Positions 63,520 to 64,000 of a stretch of 64,000 nt of DNA are shown here, piece after piece. The number at the start of each line of letters is the position of its first letter. Position 1 is the first letter of the stretch. The stretch is from assembly GCA_013239625.1 (NCBI GenBank), contig MU053493.1:2303793-2367792 (forward strand), read 5' to 3'. The notes beneath the pieces were generated by a model. The model was given only the letters and a program-made list of their open reading frames with translations, did no database searches and was not told where the DNA came from. Origin of the DNA: Lama guanicoe (lineage: Eukaryota). The position numbers were made by a program, and so were the translations under genes.

Positions 63520-63735
63520 CAATGCTGAACCACGAGGCACTAACAATATGCTGGGCCCATGATGCTGAGCTGTGGGGCCACCATGGACCCCAGGGCCTGT
63601 TTAGCAGCACCTCTGGCCTCCATCCAGCAGAGGTCAGCAGCCGCCCCCACCTCCCTTTTGCTCCCATTTTGATGAAAACATCCCCTATGGGTCAGAATAG
63701 CTGGGTGTCACCACTGGGTGAGACCACCTGGGACT
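63520..63735 (+). mobile_element. MER20-like hAT relic
   Basis: tgtttagcagcacctctggcctccatcc...gtgagaccac. Confidence 0.6.
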
Positions 63736-64000
63736 AGAGGGAGGGGAGTGAGGCACCTGCCTCAGGTGCAAAATGTAATGGGGTCCCCAAAACCTCAGCA
63801 GTCAAGGAATACTTCGATGAAGTATGTTCAAAAAAATCAAAATTAGCAATTCACAAAGAACAACATGTTAAATAGAATCAGAACCAAAATTTTAAACAGA
63901 ATCAGTAAGTGTAACTTGAGTAAGTTATTGAAGACTGTCACTCGGTCAAGAGAAACTGTCAACTATGGCATTTTGCTCAACTGAAAATGAGGTTAAAAAG

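Larger units (their letters stand above)
40220..64000 (-). other. TJP1: TJP1 (ZO-1) gene, 3' portion (about human exons 16-28 plus 3'UTR); 5' part lies beyond the window end
   Basis: Chain of GT-AG exons with matching phases encoding recognisable ZO-1 GUK, acidic, alpha, proline-rich and ZU5 segments, ending ...VSVLIDHF*. Exon numbers inferred by counting from the alpha exon (exon 20 in human). The 3' end is approximate, placed just past the distal AATAAA. Confidence 0.98.

Noticed and set aside
1..64000. CRISPR array, operon or other novel multi-gene system
   Set aside because: No regularly spaced repeats or gene-dense ORFs; the window is explained by one known gene plus mammalian repeats

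Overview
Mammalian nuclear DNA, most likely camelid (alpaca/camel type): it holds 11 copies of a tRNA-Ala(AGC)-derived Vic-1-type SINE and many artiodactyl-type L1 3' ends. The right ~24 kb (about 40.2-64 kb) is the 3' half of TJP1 (ZO-1) on the minus strand. I traced 13 distinct coding exons with consistent splice phases, from the GUK region through the alternative alpha exon, proline-rich region and ZU5 domain to the TGA at 41633, followed by a ~1.4 kb 3'UTR. The most unusual feature is a ~555-bp tandem duplication (58218-59328) containing a complete in-frame 351-nt TJP1 exon with both splice sites; it is either a very recent exon duplication or an assembly artefact. The left ~40 kb is intergenic and repeat-rich: L1 fragments, MaLR/ERVL LTRs, DNA-transposon relics and a 5.8-kb two-LTR, pol-less ERV1-type provirus (27279-33086) with a 4-bp TSD, a tRNA-Arg PBS, gag-MA and env-TM remnants and three nested insertions. 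Other observations are a SINE 3' transduction of MER2 sequence, three in-frame alternative donors in the ZU5 exon, and signs of AT-to-GC biased substitution in the right half. I see no convincing novel multi-gene system, and almost all non-TJP1 ORFs in the track look spurious. Repeat family names and human TJP1 comparisons are from memory of consensus sequences, not from searches.
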